From Ginkgo biloba (Eukaryota; Plantae; Ginkgophyta), in NCBI GenBank assembly GCA_024626585.2, contig JANKJI020000002.1, positions 247,696,894 to 247,760,893 of the forward strand: 64,000 nucleotides of DNA, read 5' to 3'. Positions 49,031-61,244 of this stretch are shown here, in pieces (position 1 is the stretch's first letter; the number at the start of each line of letters is the position of its first letter). The notes under the pieces were generated by a model that did not search any database, was not told where the DNA came from, and saw only the letters and a list, made by a program, of their open reading frames with translations. Both the position numbers and the translations under genes were made by a program.

Positions 49031-50404
49031 GACTATCTTAAGGAAATATCATGAAGCCAATTATTATTATTTTTCGGTATATTGAGCCTTGTGTGACTTA
49101 TCCTACTTAAGAATTTAATTATGAGAATGATTCTAGCTAGGTGATCTCTCATAATAGACAAGAGAGGATAAGTAGATTAGGAAATCTACATATAATTTCA
49201 TATAAAGTAATAATAATTCATTTAATATTTTTGCAAATACAAATTCTATAAACAATATCATAAAAGAGAAATAATACAATAATACACATGCATAAAGAAT
49301 CATTGGTTATTTATATCATTATTACATAATAATATATAGATAATAGGAAATCTTGGTTAGGCAATATTTTGAGAAGGAAAAATATCTCACTCAAATGGTT
49401 CAAAGCTCTAATGATTTATGAGAACCATAGATATTATTTTGAATGTACTATCTAATGTAATGAGAAATTAAGGCTACAGGTTCCTTTTATAAATGAAATT
49501 ATAAAACACTACACTTTCCTAAATAAGTGTAAATTACATGGCTATGGGTTTCTTAGCTATGTGGGAAAAAAACCAAGAGGGGTCTTAAATCCAAATAGGA
49601 TCAAGAGAGAGTAAGTTAATTAAATCAGAGTATTTTTTTGTAATTCTTATCCATGATTATTTATAGAGAATAATATATTATAATTAAATATTTAAGAGAG
49701 AGAATAAGGAGTTACAAGTAGCTTATTTCAAGAATTCTAAGTTTGGTGGGGAATATTTCTAAGTATGGGAAATAATTACACATCCATAATACCTAATATG
49801 ATATTGAGACAAAAAAAAATACTTCAAATGAAATAATCTAACTTTTAGTTGGATCATGACTCCCTTTATTCGAGATGATATACCCTATCCTTCTCATTAA
49901 GATTTAGAAGTCTTGGTACTGATTTGATTTTAAAATGATATTAAAAATTTGACAATTACAAATTGTTAACTAAGATAAATATAATGTTCCCAAAGTAAAT
50001 ATTCTATGGATTAATTTAATTGTGTTATTTGTGAATAAAAGGAACAATAATAACTAACATACTTGATTAGGCTTCCATTCCATAGATCTAATTATGTGCT
50101 AACTATCACACCACATTAGTGGGGCTTACATATATATAGTTTTTTCTTCATCTTATACAATGTTGTATACCATTGTATTGGATATTAGATAACTTTCTCA
50201 ATTATTGGGAGGGTGTTTATGCACTTAAAACTAATTCTACATGCATTCATAATCAAAAAATTATTTTACATCCTTGAATGGTGCAATCTTGACACCTTAT
50301 ATTATAAAAAAATATTAAAATCTTAGATCATGAATAGGAAAATAATAATCCTCAAATAACATAACCAAATAAAATGGTAAAAGACACTTATATTAGTATA
50401 TGAA

Positions 50405-50471
50405 TGCGTGTATGTGTGTGTTTGTGTGTGTGTGATATATCTATATATAACAGAGAGAGAGAGAGAGGGAG
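50405..50471. repeat. Compound microsatellite (TG)n-(TA)n-(AG)n
   Basis: Directly visible. Confidence 0.85.
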
Positions 50472-52699
50472 TATCCTATTGGATGTATAATTTGATTTAT
50501 CTATAAATTGGCAAGAGAACCTATAATATTAGAAACCAAAGAGAAACCACAATAACATATTATATAAACAATAAATCATATGCTCTTAACTTTATAAATA
50601 TAAGACTCAATAGAAGATATGATATTATGTAAGAAATGAATTTTGTTAATGAAATAAGATAAGGGTCAATACTTATGGTGTTTGTTCAAGGATTAAGCTT
50701 AGATAAATAGAATGGCAATAAGCCTCTCTCTCCTTCCTCCTTCTCCTTTGAAAGAAATACCAAGTGTAATATTGTAGATAAGGGTGAATCCACAAGATGC
50801 AAAAATTTAGAGATTTAGATGTAGCTTTATGGAGTAGGTATTCCTTAGGGGATCTATTAATATAAAATCCTTCACAATGCAAGAATTATTAATCTTATAA
50901 TATGTGAAGTGGTACTTATCATCTTGTAAGATAACATTTTCAATGTATCTTTTGATACTCTTCTTATTTATTGTCCAATGTATCTTCATGCTTATGTTTT
51001 AAACAATGGTCCATTCATATGAAGTGCCCCTATGGAAATAATAATGAGGCCACATAATACTCTTTGTATGGTAATATAAGGATCAAATGAGGGACCATGA
51101 GGTATTTCTAAATATTTTTTACATGAAATATATAATTGAAGGAGCTATGCCACATAATAGAAATAAACCCTACATTAATGAAAGTTGTATGAAGTATACG
51201 ACATTAATCTCCAAATATTTAAAATAATATAAATATCTTTGGTGGAAACACAAAGATGGAAAAAAATATGATAGCACCTTATAATAACCTTTTTTTCCCT
51301 AATGAAAAACCATTATTTGTAATTTTTATGTTTGTCTTGCAACATCACTGAATGCTTGTATATTAATAATGGTATGCTGAAGACATATTATTTAAATTAT
51401 AATTTTTAAATTTACCCATACCTTTATTTATTTATTATTAAAATTTTAAGGTATCAATAGATATTTGTAATGCTATTCTCGTTTGTAAATTTGGATCTTA
51501 ATGAGACAAGAATATTTAAATTGATTTTCCACTAATTTAGATATAATTCAATGTATCCAAAGCATGTGTAACATATATAGTATAATTATAATTTTAATAA
51601 TTGGATGAGCATATATGAAATTTATTTGGACGTTATAAGTGGAGACAAGATATTCATTCATAGATAAATAAATTAGTTTCTATTTCATTATTCTACTTCT
51701 TAAATTGTCCAAATATAGTAAGATGATAATAATAAAAATAATCATTGAGCATGCTAAATATGTAATGTGAGAGATATCCTATTGGAAGGTATTTCAAATT
51801 ATTCATAATAGATTATTCTTAGGAAAAAGTTAGTCCACTTTAAGAAATTAAAAATCATTACGAAAATATTGTTAAAAAGTAGTAAATCATGATGAACCAA
51901 CAATACTTCTCTAAAATGAGAATATCCTTGATGTAATGCAAATAGATAGAATTTAAGTTTCTATTGATAAAATTTAGGGATGGATAGTAACATGTATTTA
52001 TTAAATTCACTACTCTTAATTCACAATCACAATAGTGATGTGGTTTTCCATTATAAAAAATTCAAACTATTTTTTCTACATTGTCCCAAACACTAAGTAC
52101 TAATTTCATTTCTATTAAGGAAGAAAGCTCAATTTACATTGCCACATGATGAGCCACAAGGAATTAAGGGCCTAGTAGGAGGTTTTATGGCATATTTGTT
52201 AAGGAGGATATGATCTTATGAAGATCATTTTTAGGATTTAATTATTTTTCTAAAATTTTTAATTAGGAGTTTTTTTATCCACCATTAGTTTTCTCTTAAT
52301 ATGTGCCATAGTCTCCACCATTGGAATGTTAGTAACTAAAAGACTCCTTGAATGGAGAGTTTCATCATATTTATCTCTTTCATATGCATGATACTATTTT
52401 TATTCATAGCCCTCCCTTAAAAGAATCTTATCACTTGCATTCTTACAAAATGAATATTCTTTTGTATTATAATAATTATTTGAAATATTAATATAATTTC
52501 TTCCTTTTTTTTTCTCATAATATTATTGTTTATTTATATATGAATTCTTAGATTGTATTGACTTCATATTAATTTGAGAATCTAACTTGTGGAATTGTTA
52601 TATATATTTTTATAATTCAAAGAATAATATGTCAAGATCTCAACATTAGTCTACACATATGATTCTATATATGTTCGACAATAACAAAGAGAATAAGAA

Positions 52700-53490
52700 G
52701 GTTTTAAGAGAAACCAATTATAGAGAATAAAATCATAAAATTGTAGTATAGAAAATATGCAACATTAATAGGGAAATTCATGGTGTTGTTTGAGAACATT
52801 GTGCCTTTTTTGTTAAAGTATAGAATTGAGTTTTGGATAAGATATTTTATTACAGATAGAGATGAGATGACTAAGGTCTCATATAGTAGAAGAAGACTAT
52901 TATTAAATACAAATAGTGATACAATAGTGTTATCCTTGAGTATTATTGATTTTTTATTTGCTTCTACATTCTTGTAGAGTTTTCCTTTGGAATTCTTACA
53001 TCAAATATACCTCAATTAGTATTAGAGTTATACACTCTTTTAGGTAAGATGTTAGTTTAGATACTTCATCCATTTCTATAATTTTTACTTATTATGATAT
53101 ATATGAGATCTATGTCTAAGACTATAGGCCTAGGTATGGATAATGATAATGTTCTAAGTAAAGGAAATAGGGAGACATCAGTTCCTCCAGTGAATCCTTT
53201 CATAATTTGGTCATCCTCTAAAGAAGATGAAATAGATCAATTAAATTACTAAGAGGAATTTCTAGAGGGGCCTCTTGAGGACCAAGTAGATCATATAAAA
53301 ACCATGATGCAAAACACGAATAAAGATAAAAGGGAGACTCAAAAGGTGATGAGGGGACTTTACAGTCTCATTCAATAATTGTAATCCTATATTACATGAT
53401 TAAGTGTGTAAAGTAAGGAGTGAACAACTCCTTCCCAACTCAATCAAAACATGATTAGCCCAGAAGATAGGAGGTATAGGGATGTCCCTT
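52700..53490 (+). mobile_element. LTR end, decayed PBS-Met and truncated gag N-terminus
   Basis: ctca at 53014, then tagtattagagt at 53017-53028 (9/12 to TGGTATCAGAGC; all mismatches are deamination-type). Acidic coiled-coil-like reading frame from ~53137. Confidence 0.45.
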
Positions 53491-56400
53491 AATAAAACTT
53501 TGCATGTGATAAGTATGTGTTTCATCATGTATTCATGTGAAGGTGTATGTTCTTATGTAGGAAACTTAAGTAAGATATCAATTCATAATTGTTTCTAATG
53601 CATGCTTCTAAAAATAAACATGTACACTATGCACATATGTAAACCATTCATATGATATTCTATATTAAGAATAAAAGATGAACTTTGACCCTAAATAATA
53701 TGCATGATGTAAAAAATATATAATGCAAGGTCCTACCCTTTTATTTCCTAATTGGATACATGCAATATGGATGTAGTTTTGGGTTTTATCTTTCATTAAT
53801 AAAGAGGCAGATAAGAGGTGTGCCTAGAAAAGGGGGATTTATAAGATAAATCCCCATTGTAGGCTCTAAGAGTATAAAATATCCTTAAAATAGAATAGTG
53901 AACTGTATATTCAAGAGAGGACCTAGATGGGATGGAATTTCCAATCCAAATGTGTGATTGAAATATGAGTGGATGAGATGTATACTTCCTAGTATGATAT
54001 GCAATTAGAAAGAAAGAGGAATAAAAAGATGTAAATAACCCCTACCCAGTAAATGATCATAAAATAAGGAAGATACTCTTCCTAACATGAGTAAGATTCC
54101 CTTTGGAATGATGAATACTCATACCAACAATTAAGAGGTGCCCAACTAGGGTCAGAGGGAATTGCAACCCATGAGACTTGAACTAGTGGTAATTATTTAT
54201 GTAATAAGATGTAGCCAGAGGTCTTAAATAACCTAATCAGATATTATATCTAATTTATATGAAATATTAGATCTGATCTCTAAGGTTTGGTAGGATATTG
54301 ACACCCATAACTGTTATATGCAGACAGGGATGAGTGACCTAATGACTAACTAAAAAGGAAAGAAAAGAAGAAATTCCTAATTTCTTAACCAAATTTATTT
54401 TGGTGATTTAATTAAAGAATTAAACTAGATTCCTCCTTTTTATTTTTAGATATAAATAAAGATAGAAGTCATAATCAGTCCCATGAAATATTCAGATAAG
54501 TGAGATTCTTTTCTCTTATTAGTCGACGTATGTATCTCTTATAGCTTCCAATGTTCTTCCAACCTTATTCTTAAATGTACCTCTATGAATAGGAGAAGTA
54601 ATTAGAATGAGATAACCTAGTATTAAGAATGGTATGAAGAATACATGTTTCAACCTATAAAGAAAGGAAAATCCTAATGCTAAATGCACTTGGGCTCCAA
54701 AAAATATAAAAATCATGGAATATAGAAAAAGAGAATGGAAAGAGTGTAGTAATGGGAAAAAAGAAAGCCTAGAATGTAGATGATAAGGTTAATAATTCAT
54801 AAATATAACTTTTCTCTATCTAGTATCCCCTTTTGTTGGCTAAATTAGGACCTATTTATAGGACTATGGTTAGGTCCAAGCCTAAATATAGGCCAATATG
54901 ATAAAGGACACCTAAAGTCTTCCATATAATAAAATTGGTCGAGTTGAGTAAATAGTACTAACCTTAAATTAATTGGGAATGGGCCTAACTCCCTAATTTT
55001 TATTTTTTTATTTTTTATAGATGGATTTTGTACATGCTATTGATTTGCATATGGTTGGAGAGGATAGTCATTTAATTTCATGCAATTGAGTGGATAGCAA
55101 CTCAATAGCATGAAAAAAGGTGTTATAAGTATTTTGCAACTAAAAATACTATTTGAATGGTAGAAAAAATAGGAAGGTTGTATTTAAATAGATTTGAATA
55201 TTATAGAAGCTTAGGAGATTGGAAAATATAATCGAAAGTTAGCAAGGAGGATAGAGAATTACATAAATTCAAAGTTAAGTAGATCATTTTATTAATTATG
55301 GATAAAAGAATTATATGAAAGACACTATTATTATATATTTTTTTCTAATCTACCCCATGATGTTATTTCAAGAGTCACAAATGATCTCTCATTATATAAA
55401 ATGATCTAGAAACCCCTAATTTATATTGCCTTTTGTCCCACAATCAAGATAAACTCATTGGGATAGGATGATATTTTGAATTGAGTGTTGATGTTGAATT
55501 TATATCTATTTCTATTAGGAGATCAATAAGTGATAGAGAATTAGGTTAACTAAGTGATCAACTTCTATGCTAAGCTCTCTAGGTCTATGGTGTAAATGAA
55601 TTATCGAAAACTCGACCATCAAAGATCTAACTTTGACTACATAGATTCTTAGTTATATATGAATGAATTCCCATAGATGGTTTATTTGATTGACCAACAT
55701 AAGTGAGTATGGGTATAAAAAAATATGAGAACATTGGAATGTAAGGTCATCTATAAGGAAATTGATGACTACAGTGTATTAAATAATATTATTACTTGCA
55801 TGGGATAATAATAGGTTAGAACTAATCAATTCATCCCTTAAGTGAGTCTGAATAATCCATACAAATACTAAACAACTTTAGTTTCCCCTACTACTTCCAT
55901 CTATGAATATTATTAATGGTTCATTGAATACTAGTTGAGACATTGATCAATGTGAGGAAGTCATTTGAGGATTGAAGGAAAGAGGATACTTAAGAGGTCT
56001 AATTGTCTTTACAAAATATATCACCCATTATTTACATTCTCTTAAATCCTTGGCTTAGCTAACTTATTTTAGATTTTATACTCTATTGTCACTTTAGGAC
56101 CTCAAGGTTAATAGTGATGTAAGTCAAAAATTTATTTTGAGCATTCATTTAATTTTCTGCCTGGCGACTTATTTTAGATTTCCCCTCATTTTGGATTTTT
56201 TAAGACCTCAAAGGAAATATAGATGTAAGTCAATTTATTTTTGGGGAATTTTTATTTATTAAGGATTATTAGGAATAAGAATGGTAACATCATCTAACTT
56301 GGGTGATTTGATTTAAAAGACTAAATAATTTCATAAAGATTTCAAATCTAGACTTAATGAGACTTCCATATCAATTTTTTACTGTCAATATTATTTAAGT

Positions 56401-57335
56401 GTGAGAAAAAATTATTGATATAGAGGTATTCAAGTTATTCCCTTTGTTTCTTCTTATGAGTTATAAGGACTTCAATACTATATTAGGTTTACACACTGAG
56501 TAGTGTAATGAATAGGAATTAGAAACTCTTAGTGTTTTTGGTATTTTTGAGGTTTTATGGGTTTTTATGATGTAAGATAAGACAAAATATTCGGTATGGG
56601 ATGATTATGTGTACCATATAAAAACTTGAAAACTTTTATAAATCATGACCTCCAATGAAATAAGTTTAAATGAAAAATAATTGTTTTTGAAATAATAAAA
56701 GGATAAGTGGAAAATTCACATTTTTTCTATTTGTTATGTTCATGCCCTCTTTTTAGTTCACAAAAAGAAAACTAAAATTCAATAGAAATAATAATTTATC
56801 CATTTGTAAAAGAGTGAAAGTAACCTCTGAGAGCATAAATTTTGGGAGAGAAAATAAAATTTGTTCCTGCAAGAGACATCAAAGAATATTTTGAGTATAG
56901 AAGAGAAGTAAATTTTTTGGTAAGGATATACTACTATTTTTCTATCAATTTTTCTCAATTCTACTTTTAAACCCTAGGTTTTAGGGTCCTACAAAGAAAA
57001 TGATAAATTATCTCATTAAACCAATGAGTTATAATGATTTTTCATTTACACATAAGTGTAGGGACCACAATCATTTTTTATTATTTATTTTTTAGCAAGG
57101 GGCATTTATTTCCTCAAAAATCATGACATCGCTAATTCACGATCGCGACCTCTACGTGTCACTGATTAGTGTACGATCATGTGGTAGTCCACTGTAGAAA
57201 AGTGTGTTGTTAAGTTGATACCATAAACTTATTCATAAATTAGGGTTATCAAATCATATTTTTGTGCTAATTATTGGCATTCCCTATTTCATAATTGTTT
57301 CAGGGTTTTTGTGGAGAATTTGATGATTTTTTTAA

Positions 57336-58540
57336 ATGTTTATACTATTTGACCATGTAGAAGTTGTGGAGGGTTTCAAGAAAAGAGAATGATAGGCCTA
57401 TTATGAAAGATTTACTTGGTTTATTGACTCCTCAAGACACATTGGTACTGAGGAGATGTGGGAAATGGAGTATCTATAGGACCTCATAGTTGAACTATGA
57501 TGAGGCAGTGGTTGATTAGTCGGTGATGCATTGACATCCTAATTTATGCATTTTTAGGATCCCAGTGTTTGGTGATATGTTCATCACCAAACTAAATATA
57601 TATAGGATACTCTATTTATATTTTATAGGATACCTAATATATTTATCCAATGTGAGATTGGTTGGTTCAGATGTAGATATGTATCTACCTAGCGTACACT
57701 AGGTGTCTTAGTTGACTCCCCATGGATTTAGGATCTTAACATTGTAAAATGATAATGTTCCACTTATGAGGTGAGTCATTATAATAGCCATGGTCTATAG
57801 GATATCCCATAGTTATAACATTGTCAGGATCCCTTATTATTTTGTTCTAATGATATAGAGATGCATTGAAGGGACACAATTTGACTAGGAATAATATGTT
57901 TTTGATGCCTTGATTGGCCAACCAGACTATATCTATTGGAGAGTTCATGGGACGATGACTTATAACTCATTTTTTTAGGTTTGTATTTTTTTAGTAATTT
58001 CATGCCTTCCATCCAATCATATCTTCTCTATTACCCATTACTCATAATAAACCCTTGATTATGAGATGGCGTATGATGTCAAGATTATCACCTCAATATC
58101 CTTCTCATAAATGGAATGGGGGTGTTCATTTGGATTTCATTTCCCTATGATATGACACATGGACCATGGCTCCATACATGGGGGTTGATTAGGATTCATA
58201 CATAGATGTTCTACAGTTGAGAGGAGGAGGAGAGGAAGTAGTACCCCTTGAGGTAGGTGGAGATGCATCAGTACCTCCTATAGTTGGTGTAGAAGGAGGA
58301 GAGGTACCCATTTCTCCTATTATTGATGTGAGTGAAGGAGTGGCAGTGAATCCTACAGGCAATGTTGGAGTAGGAGGAGTGGTCTAGGGAAGCTAGGTGC
58401 AGGGTATAGATCATGCTATAGGGAACCCTCTTAGAGATATGATGGAGAGAGCATCCCTAAAAGATGCCAAATAGGGATTGGGGGGTAGAGATGAGTAGTC
58501 AAAGGCACATGGAATTCTGGGAGTTCTACTTAGAGGTATA
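57336..58540 (+). pseudogene. PMD-like ORF remnant, copy 2, with Gly/Val/Pro/Glu-rich tail
   Basis: RCGKWSIYRTS*LNYDEAVVD*SVMH*HPNLCIFRIPVFGDMFITKLNIYRI resembles the PMD core (LVERW.PET.TF.LP.GEMTITL.DV). Confidence 0.65.
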
Positions 58541-58640
58541 NNNNNNNNNNNNNNNNNNNNNNNNNNNNNNNNNNNNNNNNNNNNNNNNNNNNNNNNNNNN
58601 NNNNNNNNNNNNNNNNNNNNNNNNNNNNNNNNNNNNNNNN

Positions 58641-59170
58641 CATGTTCAATTCAAGACACGCAATCTAAGAATTCAACGCTCATGCTTCACAATTGTGGCC
58701 GCTTATCTTAATTTAACGAAATCATTTAACGGATTATTCCTTTCTGCAAAACAATTTCACACGAGAATCTTCATCTATTTTACTTTGCATGCGGTGTATC
58801 TACTTTCTGAACCATGAATATCTCAGGTTGACAGACGTCATATAACGGAATCATCTCATCTTTCAATAGCGCAAATCACACCAAATACCTCTCCGGCCTC
58901 GGTTCAAATCACGGCAGCAACGAATATAACGCTACAAATTGAGTTGAGAGTCGTCAGCCAGTCAGATGCCGGCGGATTGCCGTGCCTTCCAAGGTTTTCC
59001 TGGGCTCTCTCCGCCACAGCTCTGGGGAAGGCAGGTAAGGTTGAAGCACATATGTTACGCTGTTTGCAGAGCAGCCCTGTCAGGTTGGTGACGTGGCTTC
59101 ATCTACGGCAGAGGCGCGCAGCATCTCATCTGACGGCTCCATTGTCTGATTCGTCTACGCAAAGGACACA
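58641..59170 (-). promoter_or_regulatory. CpG-retaining island; candidate promoter plus 5' exon
   Basis: High CpG density against CpG-poor flanks; TGACGTGGC at 59089-59097; ATCTGACGGCT at 59128-59138; minus-strand AG|GTATTT donor-like site at 58888. Confidence 0.4.
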
Positions 59171-59350
59171 TGTAAAAATTTTGTGGCATTGATTAATGCA
59201 CAATCACACAAATTAAAGTCATGGATTAGTGTGTCATTAAGTGGGATCTAATTTATTTCATAGGGTTTAGTGTTATTATAGCCTATTTATATGATAATAG
59301 GAAGCTTTCCCTAGTTTTACTGTTTGTAGGGATTTTTATGACATATTTTT

Positions 59351-60500
59351 ATGGTATGACTCTTCACCGTGTATGGGAATGTAGGAGCTTCAATCGATAG
59401 TAAATAGAGAGAATGATGGGCCCATTACGAGGGAGTGATTTTATAGAATGACACCATATAACTCATCTCTTTTGATGAGATGTGGGTTGTGGAGGGTCTA
59501 CAGGACCTCACAACTCAACTATGATGAGGTATTGGTTGACTAGTTGGTGAGCTATAGGCATCTAGATGAAAATATTTTTAGAATCCTAGTGTTTAGTAAT
59601 ATTCCAATATCTAAATTAGACATATATAGAATCCTTGGTTTGAGATCTATTGGGAAGCCAATAGATATGGCCAATGTATGAACATCAAAGATAGATATGG
59701 ATGAATACTTGGATGGGGTATGGTAGTTGATTTTATCGTCCCCTCATAGAGTGTGCATCTTAGTATTATCAAGGGATGAGGTCACACTTACAAGGTGGGT
59801 TATTACTACCATAATGGTTTATCAAATATACCACAATAATAATTTTGGTAGGATCCCAAAATCATTTATTTTAGTAACTAAGAGATGCATTAAGGGAGTG
59901 CATTTTGACTTTGCCCACTACATGTTTGATGTATTGATTTTATATATGGATTATATACATTAGAGAGGGTATGGATCACTTAGTTATAATTCTCTATTAC
60001 AGGCATGGTTATTCAAATAATTGCATGGTTTCCATCTAGTTGTGTCTTTATCACATCTCTTCGTAAGGGATGAACCATTGATTATGAGTTGAAAGATGAG
60101 AATAAGATCTTTGCCTTGTCACCCATCTCATAAGAGAATGGGAGACTCTAGGTGGATTTTGTATCCTTGAGGGATAATGCGTGTATCATGGATTCATATT
60201 ATAATATTCCATGAGACTCAGATGTATAGATATTAGAGTTGAGGGTAGGGGGAGAGGTAGATATGCCTCCTACAGGAGGTGTCATAGTAGGAGAGGGACC
60301 AATAGTGCCCCCTATAGGTGGTGTAGTAGTCAGATGAGAATAATATCCCCACACAAGTGTTGTTAAAGAAGGATGAGTAGCTAAGGGAGGCCATATGTAG
60401 GGGATGCCCCATATTGGTAGGAAGAATATAGGTAAGGATCCTAATGGAGAGTTAAAAAGCATTATAGCCTATGAAATTGTTGTCAAGGGATGGGTTGGTG
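59351..60500 (+). pseudogene. PMD-like ORF remnant, copy 3, antisense to the pol at 61245-64000
   Basis: RCGLWRVYRTSQLNYDEVLVD*LVSYRHLDENIFRILVFSNIPISKLDIYRILGLRSIGKPI ... GVHFDFAHYMFDVL ... LLQAWLFK. Confidence 0.7.
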
Positions 60501-61244
60501 GTGATGATATGTGTGAAGATCATGGTGGTTGAGGAGGTCCTCCTAGAGATATTAGTTTATGATTTTGATTATGTTATTCATGCCCCTTTATTATTTTTCT
60601 TCTTCTTGAGTTGATGTGTAATTTCTTGACCATTATAATATGAATGTGCATTCAGATATCCAGATGATACCAATGGTTCAGGTGATATGGATCCTAAATG
60701 ATATTTTTCGCTTCATCTTCAATGATCTAAGTGATCCATCGATAGACATAAGACTAGCGACTTAAATGAGACCTTTCACAACTATATTTTCTATAGTAAT
60801 GAAGGCTTGATCTTGGTATAAGGCACTCTAGTAGGAAGTAGCAAATCTAAGATGAGGAAACAAGTTTCTAAGTTAGATGGATGATATTCCTATAAGATTG
60901 AGTCAAATTCAACTTTCTCATAGTACAACTAAGAGGAGGATGAGTGATAGAAGTCAAGCATAATATTGGAATGAGGGGGAAGGAGAGAGTGTCTTGAGCC
61001 ACCCATGATGTGGATTTATGATTTATAATTTTTTTTTTGTATGCATAAATAAATCATTAAAATCTGGATGAATTTATGTACTAAGCATTTTTTATATACA
61101 TGTATAAACATTTTTGTGGATATACATATATAGTTGCATGTTTTGATTATTTGTGGATGTTATATATATTTTTGGAGTTTTTTATATATCAAAAACCATT
61201 TACATATGTATATGAGGCAAGCCCCTTATTCCTTTATAGATAGT

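Noticed and set aside
50673-50989. Possible MULE/SWIM transposase fragment
   Set aside because: No complete Cys/His pattern and no TIRs identified.
53500-57250. Putative LTR/3' UTR of the PMD copy-2 element
   Set aside because: LTR-like composition and a minus-strand TATA (~54851), but no TSD, PPT or partner LTR could be fixed.
58975-59040. miRNA precursor (tgccttcc...ggaaggca stem)
   Set aside because: The stem is short and matches no conserved plant miRNA I recognise; small-RNA data would be needed.
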